From: Lytechinus pictus
Lineage: Eukaryota
Direction of reading: 5' to 3'
NCBI RefSeq assembly: GCF_037042905.1
Contig: NC_087245.1
Location: 39,992,001-40,056,000, forward strand
Length of the DNA stretch: 64,000 nt
Positions 11,968 to 51,282 of the stretch are shown here, piece by piece; within the stretch, counting starts at the first letter, position 1; every line of letters starts with the position of its first letter. The notes beneath the pieces are model-generated. The model did no database searches. It was given only the letters and a program-made list of their open reading frames with translations, and was not told where the DNA came from. A program made the translations under genes and the position numbers.

Positions 11968-14129
11968 AGGCCAATGCACGAAAGGGTCTTTCCAAGGAGC
12001 GTCTTTCGTGTCGCCCATCTTTTAAATTATGATGCGCTGTATGTGGGATTTTATTAGCTAGCATTTAAATCAATTGGCTATTCCGTGCTTTTGGGAACTG
12101 GTAGCCAAATTGAACTTGTACCTCGATTCACCACGATATGTAAAGAATCTTCGCTTCGGCGATTTTGAAAAGGATTGATGCGAGAGGCTTTGTTTACGAT
12201 GCGAAGCTCCTCACACAACTGGTTACCTCTTTCCTCATGCGATGTTTAACGGGCTCAGTTTGCCATGGGTGGACAAGTTTTCAGATGACATCGACGATTC
12301 CGCGGAATTATAATTTTTGTAATTATCCATCTACCCCGCATTTCCCTGCTCTTCAAGACCACTCTGCCACTTTCACAATGTTGACAAAAACTTATATTAC
12401 AAAATCGATTCACTAAATAAATCACAAACAAGATATATCTGGGGATGAATCACTTTAGTAAACTGTATTATCTACTCGTGAAAATGGGAACCAGCATGCT
12501 GGTTCCCATTTTCACGAGTAGATAAAGACAGTTTACTAGTGAAATTAATTTCGTCAGAGTCATCACTGACGAAATAAATCTCATTGGCAATCTCTCTCTA
12601 TATCTACTCTTCAAAATGGGAACCATCTAAGAAAATTCTCCTGAATTATAAATGCTGGTTCCCATTTTCACGAGTAGATAAAGACAGTTTATTAATCAGA
12701 TTTATTTCGTCAGAGAATCATCACTAACGAAATAAATATTACTAGTAATCTGTCTTGATCTACTCGCTGAAATGGGAACCAGCGTGTACAACTCTATTGA
12801 GAATTTTCCACGCTGGTTCCCATTTTGGCGAGTAGATTAAACTAGTTTACTCTACTCGCTGAAATGGGAACCCGCGTGTACAACTCTATGTGGAGTTTTC
12901 CATAGAGTTGTACGCGCTGGTTCCCATTTCAGCGAGTAGAGTAAACTAGTTTACTCTCCTCGCTAAAATGGGAACCCGCGTGTACAACTCTATGTGGAGT
13001 TTTCCATAGAGTTGTACGCGCTGGTTCCCATTTCAGCGAGTAGAGTAAACTAGTTTACTCTACTCGCTAAAATGGGAACCAGTGTGTACAACTCTATGGG
13101 GAGTTTTCCATAGAGTTGTACGCACTGGTTCCCATTTTGGCGAGTAGAGTAAAGTAGTTTATTAAATCTAATCGCCAAAATGGGAACCATCTAAGAAAAT
13201 TCTCATGAATTATACATGTTGGTTCCCATTTTCACGAGTAGATAAAGACAATTTGTTAGATTTATTTCGTCAGAATCATCACTGACGAAATCCGGGGACG
13301 AAATAAATCTCATTGGCATTCTCTCTCTCTATATCTACTCTTCAAAATGGGAACCATCTAAGAAAATTCTCCTGAATTATAATATAAATGGTTCCCATTT
13401 TCACGAGTAGATAAAGACAGTTTATTAATCAGCTTTATTTCGTCAGAGAATCATCACTAACGAAATAAATATCACTAGTAATCTGTCTTTATCTACTCGC
13501 TGAAATGGGAACCAGCGTGTACAACTCTATTGAGAATTTTCCATAGAGTTGTACGCGCTGGTTCCCATTTCAGCGAGTAGAGTAAACTATGGGGAGTTTT
13601 CCACGCTGGTTCCCATTTTAGCGAGTAGAGAAAAGACGGCGACGAAATCAATCTTTCTGATCTAAGCTCTTTGAGGGATTACTTTATCTAGAATCAGCGC
13701 GCCAGCTGCGGTGAAGCAGTGAACAAGCTCGAAAAGGTAGGTAGGTCATGTCTTGTCGTGAAAAAGTGTCCTTTGGAAATTAGAAACTGGTTCCCAATTT
13801 CACGATAATGCCAATCAATTTTTATACAATTTCATGATATATCACATAATTTTGTAAGCAAAGATTTTGTTATACCAAAAGCTTCAGTCTCTGTATTAAT
13901 TGTTCCGCTGAACTGCGTTGGCTCACTCACCAATACATATTTATGATAGTAAAATGTCAGAAATTGTTAAATAAATCCCCGAAACGACGGTTATTCCTGT
14001 CTAAGATTTTGTTTACTTTAACGGATGAATAAAATATGTTTGCAGGTAATTTATTTTAAATGTGTTTCACATGGTGACACGAAAGACGGTTCTTGCAAAG
14101 TGCCAAAGACCCTTTCGTGCAATCGGCCC
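11968..14129. mobile_element. ~2.2 kb non-autonomous TIR element (Harbinger-like ends) carrying a palindromic repeat array
   Basis: GGCCAATGCACGAAAGGGTCTTT..GTCTTTCGTGTC is mirrored by GACACGAAAGAC..AAAGACCCTTTCGTGCAATCGGCC; flanks CAT/CAG. Confidence 0.7.
12456..13635. repeat. Array of ~19 alternating-orientation copies of TCTACTCGnnAAAATGGGAACCAGC forming serial hairpins
   Basis: Perfect 58-bp palindrome at 12468-12525; 104-bp period at 12851/12955/13059; block ~12545-12830 repeated at ~13260-13570. Confidence 0.9.
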
Positions 14130-14800
14130 CAGGATGATGTTTTTTTACCTCAAGTGATGTTCGTGCAGGCTCCACTCTAGCTACTTCACTACCGCTACAC
14201 TACGCTCCACCTACCCGAACCTCAAGACGGTGAACTCGTTTGGATACTCTGAGTGGCAAAGGTGGGAAAAAATGCATATTTATTGTAAAAATTATCCCCC
14301 AAAAAAGACATGAACAATAAATAAAAGCATATTTCACTGCATATCCATCCTCCGGTTATCCTCAAAATTGGTGATTTTGGGGCAGTGAGTATCTAAGAGT
14401 AAGACTAAGTAATTCCTCACATGTATTATTCACGGCCGATTTCAAAACATCGCAAGCGAGGGTCGCAGGTCAAACAGCGTATTTATATTATTAAGGATGG
14501 CTCAGAATGGACTTCCAGAAATATTCTAAGAGTTTTGGAAAAATATTTCACGAGCGTAGTGTAGCGGTAGTGAAGTGGAGTGGATCCTGCACGAACATCA
14601 CTTGAGGTAATGTTTTTTTAATATTTTGACATAGGTCTATACTTCTTCATCATGGAGCCTTGACACTCTTCCCATACTCCATAGACGCAGAAGCGAGACC
14701 TAGACACCCAGCTGGATTTCCCTAGGAAATCCATAGTTAGAGGGTGAAATCGGTTTGTACGGGTGAATTTTATTGATATTTGAACCATCAAACGCCTACA

Positions 14801-14926
14801 CTACCAGTCACAATTTTTTGACTCACTATTACCTGTTTCAGCCAGAGAACAATAGATTCAGTGGACCGAATCTATTGTTCTCTGGTTGAAACCGGTAATA
14901 GTGAGTCAAAGATTTGTGACTGGTAG
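14801..14926. repeat. ~126-bp near-perfect hairpin (mini-MITE)
   Basis: CTACCAGTCACAA..TTTGACTCACTATTACC..CCAGAGAACAATAGATTC is mirrored across a short loop. Confidence 0.8.
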
Positions 14927-15330
14927 GTTTAAAAAATTGGTTAATAAAAAAGTGAAAATTTTAAGGTTTCTTACCAGACCGATCTCGTGTAGATCCCTCG
15001 ATCCGCTTGTCAACAAAGCAAATACAATAGGTCTGACCCTTGAACTGCTTTGTTATGACGTACATTCGATTAGCGATGTTACAAAATGCCGTTTTGAAGA
15101 ACAATTTATAGATACAAATTATTATTTAACAAATACTAAAATATACGTGGTTATAAATAATTATTATTATTATAATAATTATTTATAATCACGTATATTT
15201 CACCAATATTGGCATTATCATTGTGAACAAAAGTTAAGTTAATACGATAGATAAATCTATTGTGGCTTTTATCTCGCCAAGTGTAAGTTTACTTGTGAGT
15301 TGTGGAAAGTTGTAACAGTTAGATCGATGG

Positions 15331-15340
15331 CAAGATGGCG
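15331..15340 (+). promoter_or_regulatory. YY1-type motif CAAGATGGCG, possibly TSS-proximal for the PHF20-like gene
   Basis: Matches the YY1 consensus AAGATGGCG upstream of the first coding exon; motif match only. Confidence 0.25.
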
Positions 15341-16430
15341 AGATATTTTATCTCGTCTTAATGACAAGATATGCACTCATGTTGTTAAATGGCCAGGCCA
15401 GCCACAACGTGGCCTGGATTCTTTTCCAACGAGATAACGATACATGTGCACGTATCTCGCCATGTTAATGTACAGATCTACCAAAAAACCCAGAATCTTC
15501 CTCAAAATTGCTGCAATGTCACATTTATGAATGTGCTCTTTTGTGCATTTGGATTTCTTTTTCAATTTGAAAAAAAATGTTTCACCTCCAAAACAGGTTT
15601 GTAGCCTAGAGCATTATGGGTATTAAAGTAACTATTTATTGATTGACCTTTTATCCGACTCCATCTCGATTGAAGCTGATACAATTATAATTACTAAAGA
15701 AAAGGAACCCCAAAACATAAATAAGTTCAATATCAATGACTCAAAAGCTTATTAGATCATCTATTGGCATTGACTTTGTATTATTTTGTAAGTTTTTATG
15801 AATGACGTTGATTTTCTCCTGGCGTTTTTAGTACAATCCTGTTTCCCCATTCATTTATCTTTCGTCTTTTTATATTGTTTCAATGATTTGGCAATAATAC
15901 TTTATCACTTTCGTCTGTATTTATTTATGTTTCAATGATATGTTTTAATTTTTATTGTCTCTTTGTTTGTACATGATCATGATATCAACTTGTATTTTTA
16001 ATGAATTGGAAATAAATGCTGAATTGAATTGAATTTTCTTCACCAGAGTATAGCATTCAAGTCCAACAGGTAGACATTATCTAAGTTATGATAATATGAT
16101 CTAATGTGACATCCACTGACTTCAATCTGTAAGGTCATGAAAAGAGGGAATATTTGTAAATTCTTAGTAGTTTCCAACTACATTACCGGTATAAAGCTTT
16201 CAATGTGATTTGGGCAATAGATAGTTATTTCATGGATGTAAAGATGTGAATTGCAAATTTTCAGCAACGTTTGGAAAGGTGTTTTTTTTTCCATAAATAT
16301 TGTCAAAATAAGGAAAAGTTTACGTTTTAGTGGTTGTTTGAATGGCACTGAAACATGAATTACCTTCTCCCATGGGAGTGGATGGTAATTTATAACTTAA
16401 TATTTTGAAATTAATTAACAGAAACACTAA

Positions 16431-16594
16431 TACCTCAGTCACATTTGCTTTACGGCAGCCGTACGGTGGGTCGAAAACAGCTGTTCCAACATTTTTTTGT
16501 ACCAGCTACGTATAGGTGGTTTGAATAAAAATGAATAAAACAGCTGTTTTTGACTTGCCGTACGGCCGCCTGTAGAGCAAATGTGACCGAGGTA
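16431..16594. mobile_element. Small MITE
   Basis: TACCTCAGTCACATTTGCT..GCCGTACGG is mirrored by CCGTACGGC..AGCAAATGTGACCGAGGTA. Confidence 0.75.
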
Positions 16595-16910
16595 TTAGAT
16601 ATATTTGAGTCCAATAATATTATTATTATAAAGATCAGTGCATACGTGTAGTTTCTACACACTGTTTCCTTCCCCTTACATCTACAACACTGAATTAGTA
16701 TCCTGGTAACTTCTAATGAATAAAAGTTGTGATTCTACTGTCCATGAAACCTGGTTTCCATTTGCACTAAATCACAAAGGAAATAGTTTCTCAACATGCC
16801 TGGCATATTTAAACAAAAACCCAGAACTGTAGAACTAGTGTTTTTTGTTCCCCCCCCCCTTCAATTCACAGCTCTATTTTTTTCTTGTTTTTTCTTTCAG
16901 CAGTGCTAAA

Positions 16911-43892
<26,982 letters not shown>

Positions 43893-45438
43893 AAAGAGAG
43901 GTTACCAGTCTCCGTTTTCTGATTTGCCACCTTTTCCTTGGTCCTCCTAGAACATTGCTATCCATTAGCTTGATGGAGTTTGTTGTGCACTGCTTCAAGC
44001 ACGACCTTGAGGCAAAGGGAAAATACTCTAAGGACACAATTAATAGTATGTAGGGCCATACCAACACATAAGAAACGCACACCCAGACAAGTAATAGAAA
44101 ACAGTGTGAATTTTTGACCTTTTGGCGTCAAACGAGCACATTGTAGCTCTATCCAAGTATTGATATCGACGTCATTGGGGGATAAGATTCAATAGCTTGA
44201 ATAGATTGTGCTCATTTCTCATTTTGATGACCTGTGGTAGAAACTTAGTTCACTGATAGCTCTGGCTTCATGAGAAAGTATCTTTGCCAGTATTCATTTG
44301 ATCTGTTTTTGTTATATTCCATCGACATGGAAACCAGGGGGAGAGTTTCACAAAGAATTCAGTGTGACTTAAAAAAGTCATGCTTAGTGCTGACTTGAAC
44401 ATGATATGTAATGCACAATCTTATTAATTAATACGAAGTAGTGTGCGTCCTTTTAGCATTATTTGACTAATGCGGTGATGATTTTTATACAGCACGCAAC
44501 TGAACATTTAAGTGCGACTTAAAGTCACGCTTAAACGTCAAATATGCATATGGTATGCAAGGCATAATCTCATTGATGACTTCGCAATAGCGTGCATTCC
44601 CCGGAGCATGATCTGAGCAGTGAGTTGATGCGTTGTACACCCCATGCAACTAGGAATGTAGGTGCAACATTTTGTCATAAGTTTTGTGAAACAGACCCCA
44701 GCTTATTTGGGGGGGGGGGTATTTTGACTGATTATTAATTATATTTATCATAGTCAGTGTCGAGGGAGATTTGAAAGTAAAAATTCTTCTTTTCCAGTCT
44801 CCGACGACAAATCTGAACCCAACACAGATGACACTCCCAAAAGTTTGTCATTTAGATGAGTACTAAGATATGAGTTCAAATATGTATTCAGCAAATTATA
44901 TTTATATTCAGGGAAGATCAGCATCTTATTATAAATGTTAACCATTCATGATGTCAATTCAGGAGGAAGGCATTGATTAACATGCAAAAATTATGACAAT
45001 TCAACATTTTGAATAAGTACAATGATGATAATAGTCATATTTTGATTCATATAGCACTTCATAATCATTTATAAAATCACTCTGGCTCACATTACTGAAT
45101 TCAAAATTAAATAATATTCTTCTTCAAAAAATCATTAGGTTGATAAATTTAATTATAATTAATCAACCAGTCTAAACTTTTGCAAAGGGATTATTTTTTT
45201 TCCTTTTTTCTACAGGCTAGGAATTTCCAAGTAAAAAGGGAGGTGAAATGGAAGAGAGTAAATTCATTTAATTCTTATTAGATAAATTGTGATTATCCTA
45301 TAGAATAAAAAAGTACTGAAATTTTGAATTGTGTACATGTATTTCCATTTCTTAAAAACCCTTATTTTTCCTTTTAAAAATGTTTGCATGATTTTATTGG
45401 TAATTTTATGTTAGATTTGGCAGTAATCTGACCCATTT

Positions 45439-45503
45439 TGTATATACATATATATTATTGTACATATGGATGTAAATAGACATGTACAAAGACTATGTAA
45501 ATA
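45439..45503 (+). promoter_or_regulatory. Cluster of four Pumilio-response elements (TGTAHATA) in the probable 3'UTR
   Basis: TGTATATA 45439, TGTACATA 45459, TGTAAATA 45471, TGTAAATA 45496; AATAAA candidates downstream at ~46700 and ~47144. Confidence 0.5.
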
Positions 45504-48500
45504 TTCAGTACATGTATATTGAAATGTGGCAAGACGTTGAAGCTGTTGAATGTGCTCTATGTGCCTTCCCTATGCGATAGGTAGCATTAATGATGATTAA
45601 ATCATAATATATGGACCCCATTTGATGTTTGTTAACAAAAGCAATATGATTGGCAAAAACCATGCAGTATTTACAGTGTATATACAGTTCAAGAAATAAA
45701 GGTGTCGGCTTTATTTGGGAGTGGATTATTATTCACCGACCCCAGACTTGGTGAAAAGCAATGGAAATACCTGTAACAGAGATTTCTTTGGGAGAAAGCA
45801 AACTTGATGTACAAGCGATAAATTCTTTGGCTAAGCTCGGCTTTGCCCTCCGGCAACTGTCAGGCCAGTGAGAGAACGACTTTGCCATAAGGCAATTTCC
45901 AGTGACATGAAACGTCTGCTAGTCATAAATCTCATTCTACTGACACACATATCACAAAGTCTGCATAGACTGACCTTCTATAAGTTGAATTTTACCCAAG
46001 TTGAACACATTCTTGTGTTCCTCAGAGATTTGACAAGGAAACTTCACCTGTATCAAAATTAAACTTGCATCCAATTTTCCATCTTGAGTTACTACAGTTG
46101 ATTATAATACATTTTCGTTTGACAAGGAAACAATTCACCTGTATTAAAATTGAATTTTTCCATCTTGAGTTACTTCAGTTGATTATGAAATATTTTCTTT
46201 TCAGTAACTCCTCTGGTGCTTTATGTTCCTGTTTAATACTTTGGTCCATATTCTGAAGTCAGGTATAACTCTGTGCTAAAATTATGGGGAGCCAAAAATT
46301 CAAAAATTCTACTTATATTGTATATTTCTTATGTTTACTATCTTGTTTTCGTTTGCTCTCGAAATGAAGAAAAATACTTCAAAATACTTCAGTTATCATT
46401 CCCAGACAACTATGAACAATTTGGGTGTCATATGAATAAATTAAGTGTATGTGTACTGTTAGGGATTTGTGCCTCAATTGGTGCTCCATAGTTATAAACC
46501 ACAACTTTAAACCAGGTGTTTAATTTAAACCCTGAGTTCAGATTACGGGCCATTATGTTTAATATGCCCTGCCTGTGTCAGTTATGGGACCTTGTCCTGG
46601 GCTCTCTTCTGTTTAATTCAATGTATAAAATGTACCTGAAATTCTGAATTGTTATTTTTATATAAACCTTACTGTTTGTTCCGTTATTGTATTCTGTTCA
46701 ATAAAGTGATGCAAAACAGCATTAACACTCTATATTCACACTATATCCATGTACCTTTGTACGTACATGCACAATTTTGATTCTATGGTATCTGACCAAG
46801 TTTGAGCATGGAAAGAAGTTGATTATAAGAATATATAAATTGCATCATCAAATTGAGTTAAACGTGGGATAATGTTGCTTATACACATGAGCATATCTAG
46901 TGTGAAATTTCTGACCAGGAATTTCTCCCAGAAGTGCCCAAAATGAATGAAAAACATCTTCATTTGACACGCACAAATATCATTTGGTTTTTCTAGATTT
47001 ACATAAATTGGACACCCTTTGACAAGTTTCATTCTTTTAATCTAATATGGCTACACGTGTATGACTTATATTCAGGAAGAAAATACTCAGATGCTAATGT
47101 CGATTTGCCACTAAATATTTGTATGTAGAAAGAAACATCTATGAATAAATAAATAAACAGACTTTCATCTTTTCACAATCAATTTTGTTGTTACCTTGCT
47201 AGCTTTTGCTTACTGGTTTCTGCAGGCTTTTTGTAAATTGATATGACATTGCTAAAGGTTATTTGTAATGAATGGGAGTCAGAAAAATAGCCCCCCCCCC
47301 CCCAAAAAAAAAAAAAAATATATATATATATATCTATTTTCCCTGGCTTGTATCCAGCTATCAGAGAAAACCAAACTGTCTTTAATACAGTGCTCATTGG
47401 GAGATTCTCTACACTCGGCTTGTGGAGTGCAAATACATTTGTTGAATTTAGATAAAGAGATGTTACAGTTTCTTTCTTGGCCTGCTTTCTCATGAGGTGT
47501 TGTATTTGGATTTCATTTTTGTTTTCAAGTGCAGCAATGAACTGTATAGAAGTTAACATTTTGTATGTTTGACTTGTGAAATAAGCAAATATTAAGAAAA
47601 CAGGGCATCATTTTAAGCTTATATACTATTGTGTCAGTTTATGATAACCACACCATACACTTACATGCACATGTGTAATTTAGATATGTATGACAAACAT
47701 GTCTCAAATCTCTTAATTTGAGTTTGGTCATATTTTAATACTTGAAACATTATTTTGTTTGCTTTTACACAAGATTGAAGAATATAGATGTCGGTTATTG
47801 GTATACACAAGAAATATGTGATATTCACCAGTACACTCATTCATTATACTCATACTTATTTTTTTTTTAATGTGTTAAGTTAATAGAAATGCTACTAAAG
47901 AGTTTATATACATGAGTAATGTCGTGTGATCAGTTAATGTCTTGCAACGATAATCTTTTATAATTTTTGTAAAATCTCATTGTGCTGGGGCACAAAATTA
48001 TGACAATTGACCAATCAAAACGATGGTCTCTCCCGCTCTGCATTGTCCGTTATTAATACGCGTGTGTAAAGCCTTCGTGAAAGACGGCTCCTGATTGGCC
48101 TCTTGAAAGATGGCTCCCAATTGGCTTCTGTCATATTGGTAGAATGGTTAACTCAGTGCCTATAAGAAAGCATGAATGCATAGTTGTAAACCAGAGAACT
48201 GAAGGCGTAAGGTCCTCTCCGAGGGACCTGGTAGGGCACTAGCACACAGACTTGGTATCAAAACTACATCACCTGAACTTCAAGACCACTGCTCTAATAG
48301 CCGTCATGTCTATTTGAAATAAAATGAAATAATACTCCTCTTAACTTTTGAGACAATTTCATGTTGGTTTATTTTACCATCGTTTAATCAGGAAATTATG
48401 TTCCATTAAATCATAGGAGTAGCATATTGTATGTGCTATCATTTTTCTCAGTTTTTTTCTGAAAAACATTTTACTGCATTGCATGATATTTAGTTTTTGA

Positions 48501-48920
48501 AAGCTATACATGTACATGTACCATGTGATAAAAATCATTGAATTTGCCTTTCATATTATGTGCATTACGGCTTCATTGTCAATGTATTGCAAAAGAAGTT
48601 CTAGTGACCTTCGTGATTTAAAAAAATATGTGAAACTAAACAAAAAAAATTGTCCTTTGTTTTCTTTGAGGTTCATTGTGTTGTGTTTTGTAGTTGGAGG
48701 CATGTATGCATGGATGTATGCATGGAGGCAATACTATCCAAGTCCTTTGGAAGCGCATAGAGACGTTATTCACAATGTATTATGCGCTATACAAGAACTG
48801 ACTATTATTATTAGTATGTGTCTGATATTACAGAGAAGTGTTATTTTAACCCTTAACAGGCTGGGCTATTTCTCTATGCTGCAGTGGAAGGGTGCAAATT
48901 CCACTCGTATATCCATTCAA

Positions 48921-49488
48921 AGGTCAAGTCCACCCCATAAAATGTTGATTGAATAAAAAGAGAAAAATCAAACAAGCATAATGCAGAAAATTAGATCAAA
49001 ATCGGATGTAAAATAAGAAAGTTATGTTTTAAAGATTCGCTTATTTTTACAAAACATGTATATGCACAATTCTGTGACATGCAAATGAGAGAGTCCATGT
49101 CCCTCATTCACTATTTCTTTTGTCTTTTATTGTTTGAATTATACAATATTTCAATTTTTACCAATTTGACATTAAGGACCAACTTAACTGAACTATGAAA
49201 TGTTATAACAATGGTAATGCCACATATTCAGGGAGGAATAAAACTTTGTTTCACAGGAAAAACAGAGGAAAATTAGAATATTTCATATAACAAAATAAAT
49301 AGTGATGTCATCAGTCTTCTCATTTGCATACTGACCAGGATGTACGTATAACTGTTTTGTGAAATTAAGCGAAATTTGAAAATATAACTCTTATTTTACA
49401 TCCGATTTTGATGAAATTTTCAGTGTTGTGCTTGTTGGATTTTTCTCTATTTACTCAAATCAACTTATTGTTGGGGTGGACTTGTCCT
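48921..49488. mobile_element. Kolobok-like long-TIR MITE, same family as 2629
   Basis: AGGTCAAGTCCACCCC..GGGGTGGACTTGTCCT|TTAA. Confidence 0.82.
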
Positions 49489-51282
49489 TTAAGTATTGGC
49501 TGTTGACTAATATAATCTACAGATCATCATTTTGAAAGAAGAAAAAAATCAAATATAAGGACAGGTTATTCTTTATTATATCCCAAATCTTGTACAGTGA
49601 TTGATCGGTTCAAATAGCATCATGTGACCAAACATACATGTATCCTAGCTATGGTATAAATGTTAGTGAAATCAGTATGCACATGATGAAAATTTGCTAT
49701 GCTGTGACATCAATAGGAGTACCAAAGTGATAACGTCCCAATTTTTTTTCCAGCATTTTTTATACCATATTTTGGTTGAGCATGATGAAAAACCAACACA
49801 ACCAAAATTTGGTGGGAATCGGTCCATGGGGCCCCCAAGATATGATCTCATAATTGGCCCCAATTCAATGTATTATTGGCCTGGTTCTAAATTTTTGAAC
49901 GATAGCTATTAAAGAAAGCGCTATTTTTTTCTTTAAATGGTATGAAAAGGCAACCTCTTTCTTCACCCCAACCAACCCTATCCCCCATCGGTTCCATGAC
50001 ATTTGCTCTGGCGACAATTGCTCCGATGGAAAATCTGCATGTTAAGCCAAACATAAATCCTTACCTCAAAAACTATAAAGAAAAACGACTCAAAAACCTA
50101 ATCTTTATCTTTACATTATTCTGAAGAAAAACTCTTCTTATTACAATCCTCAACTCTAACCCTATGTGCTCTGATATGTTGAGACCAGAGCAAATGTCGC
50201 AGGAGCATGCCCTGCCACCCCCCCCCCCCCCTAAACGTACTCGAACACAACCTTTACACTGATAATGAAAAATACATGGAAACTGCAATTTTATGAAAAT
50301 AATTCTATCATGGCCTTTTAATCAAGTCCTACACTGATACTGCACTTAACAGAGTCATTGTTAAAAATACCATTTCAATCGTTCACAGAAATCCAATGAA
50401 GCATTATCAGTAAAAGGTATCAGTAAACTGAGTTGCCCCGAATGCTATATTTGATCTAAATTCTAGATCTAGAATTAAGTGCAGACCTCGCACTATCCTG
50501 CACTCTGAAGTCAGAGTGCAGGATAGTGCATTTGGTATGACTGAGCTGCAGGATAGTACATTTCAGTGGTATGACGACAGAGTGCAGGATAGTGCATTTT
50601 GGATGCTATAGTGCAATTCGCTGAATACCATGTGATCCGATTTGGACCAATCAGATTACAGAACATTCTTGGGAGTTGTATAATATGGATCGTCCAAGTT
50701 GAAGTAATTGCCATTAATTCAATGCATAAGGTGTTATCCTAGTATACTATAGAGAATTTACTAATTAAGTAGCTATTCAAAAACGCAATACCAATTCCCA
50801 AATTGCACACCGTAGCTACTAGTAAATACACTAGCTGGTACAAGGCAAAATGTATTTATATATCTTTAACATAGTAGTAGATTCACAAGTGATTCATTGT
50901 GATTTGTGAATGGTTGAATCTTGAGAATTGATTCACAAAATTAAAAACATAGGCAGATTCCTATATAACCAGTACATTGGGCACAGTGCCTCTCCACAAT
51001 TACACAACTTCTTTTGTTCTAAATATAAGATAAAATAACAATGAATGAATTCATATTTAAAAAGTACCAGTACACTTATGCTTTATCAATTGAAAACATG
51101 ATTCTGATAAATGCAAATCTAATTATGTATACCAAAATTAACACTAACTTGAAAATTCCCCATTCTTTGTTATGTTCCCTGTAAACTTATGATAAAAATT
51201 AGTTATAAATACATAAATGCTGAATATATATTACTTGTGAATATGCAGAGTATTTCTTATAAAAATATTAGGCAACATTCAA

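Noticed and set aside
12456..13635. CRISPR-like repeat-spacer array
   Set aside because: Repeats alternate in orientation, the spacers are themselves repeated, there are no cas genes, and the context is eukaryotic
16845..16910. N-terminal extension given by the ORF track (TTG start)
   Set aside because: It covers the intron polypyrimidine tract and acceptor; the plausible start is ATG 16911
48510..48956. 148-aa hydrophobic ORF
   Set aside because: AT-rich, no recognisable motif, and runs into a MITE
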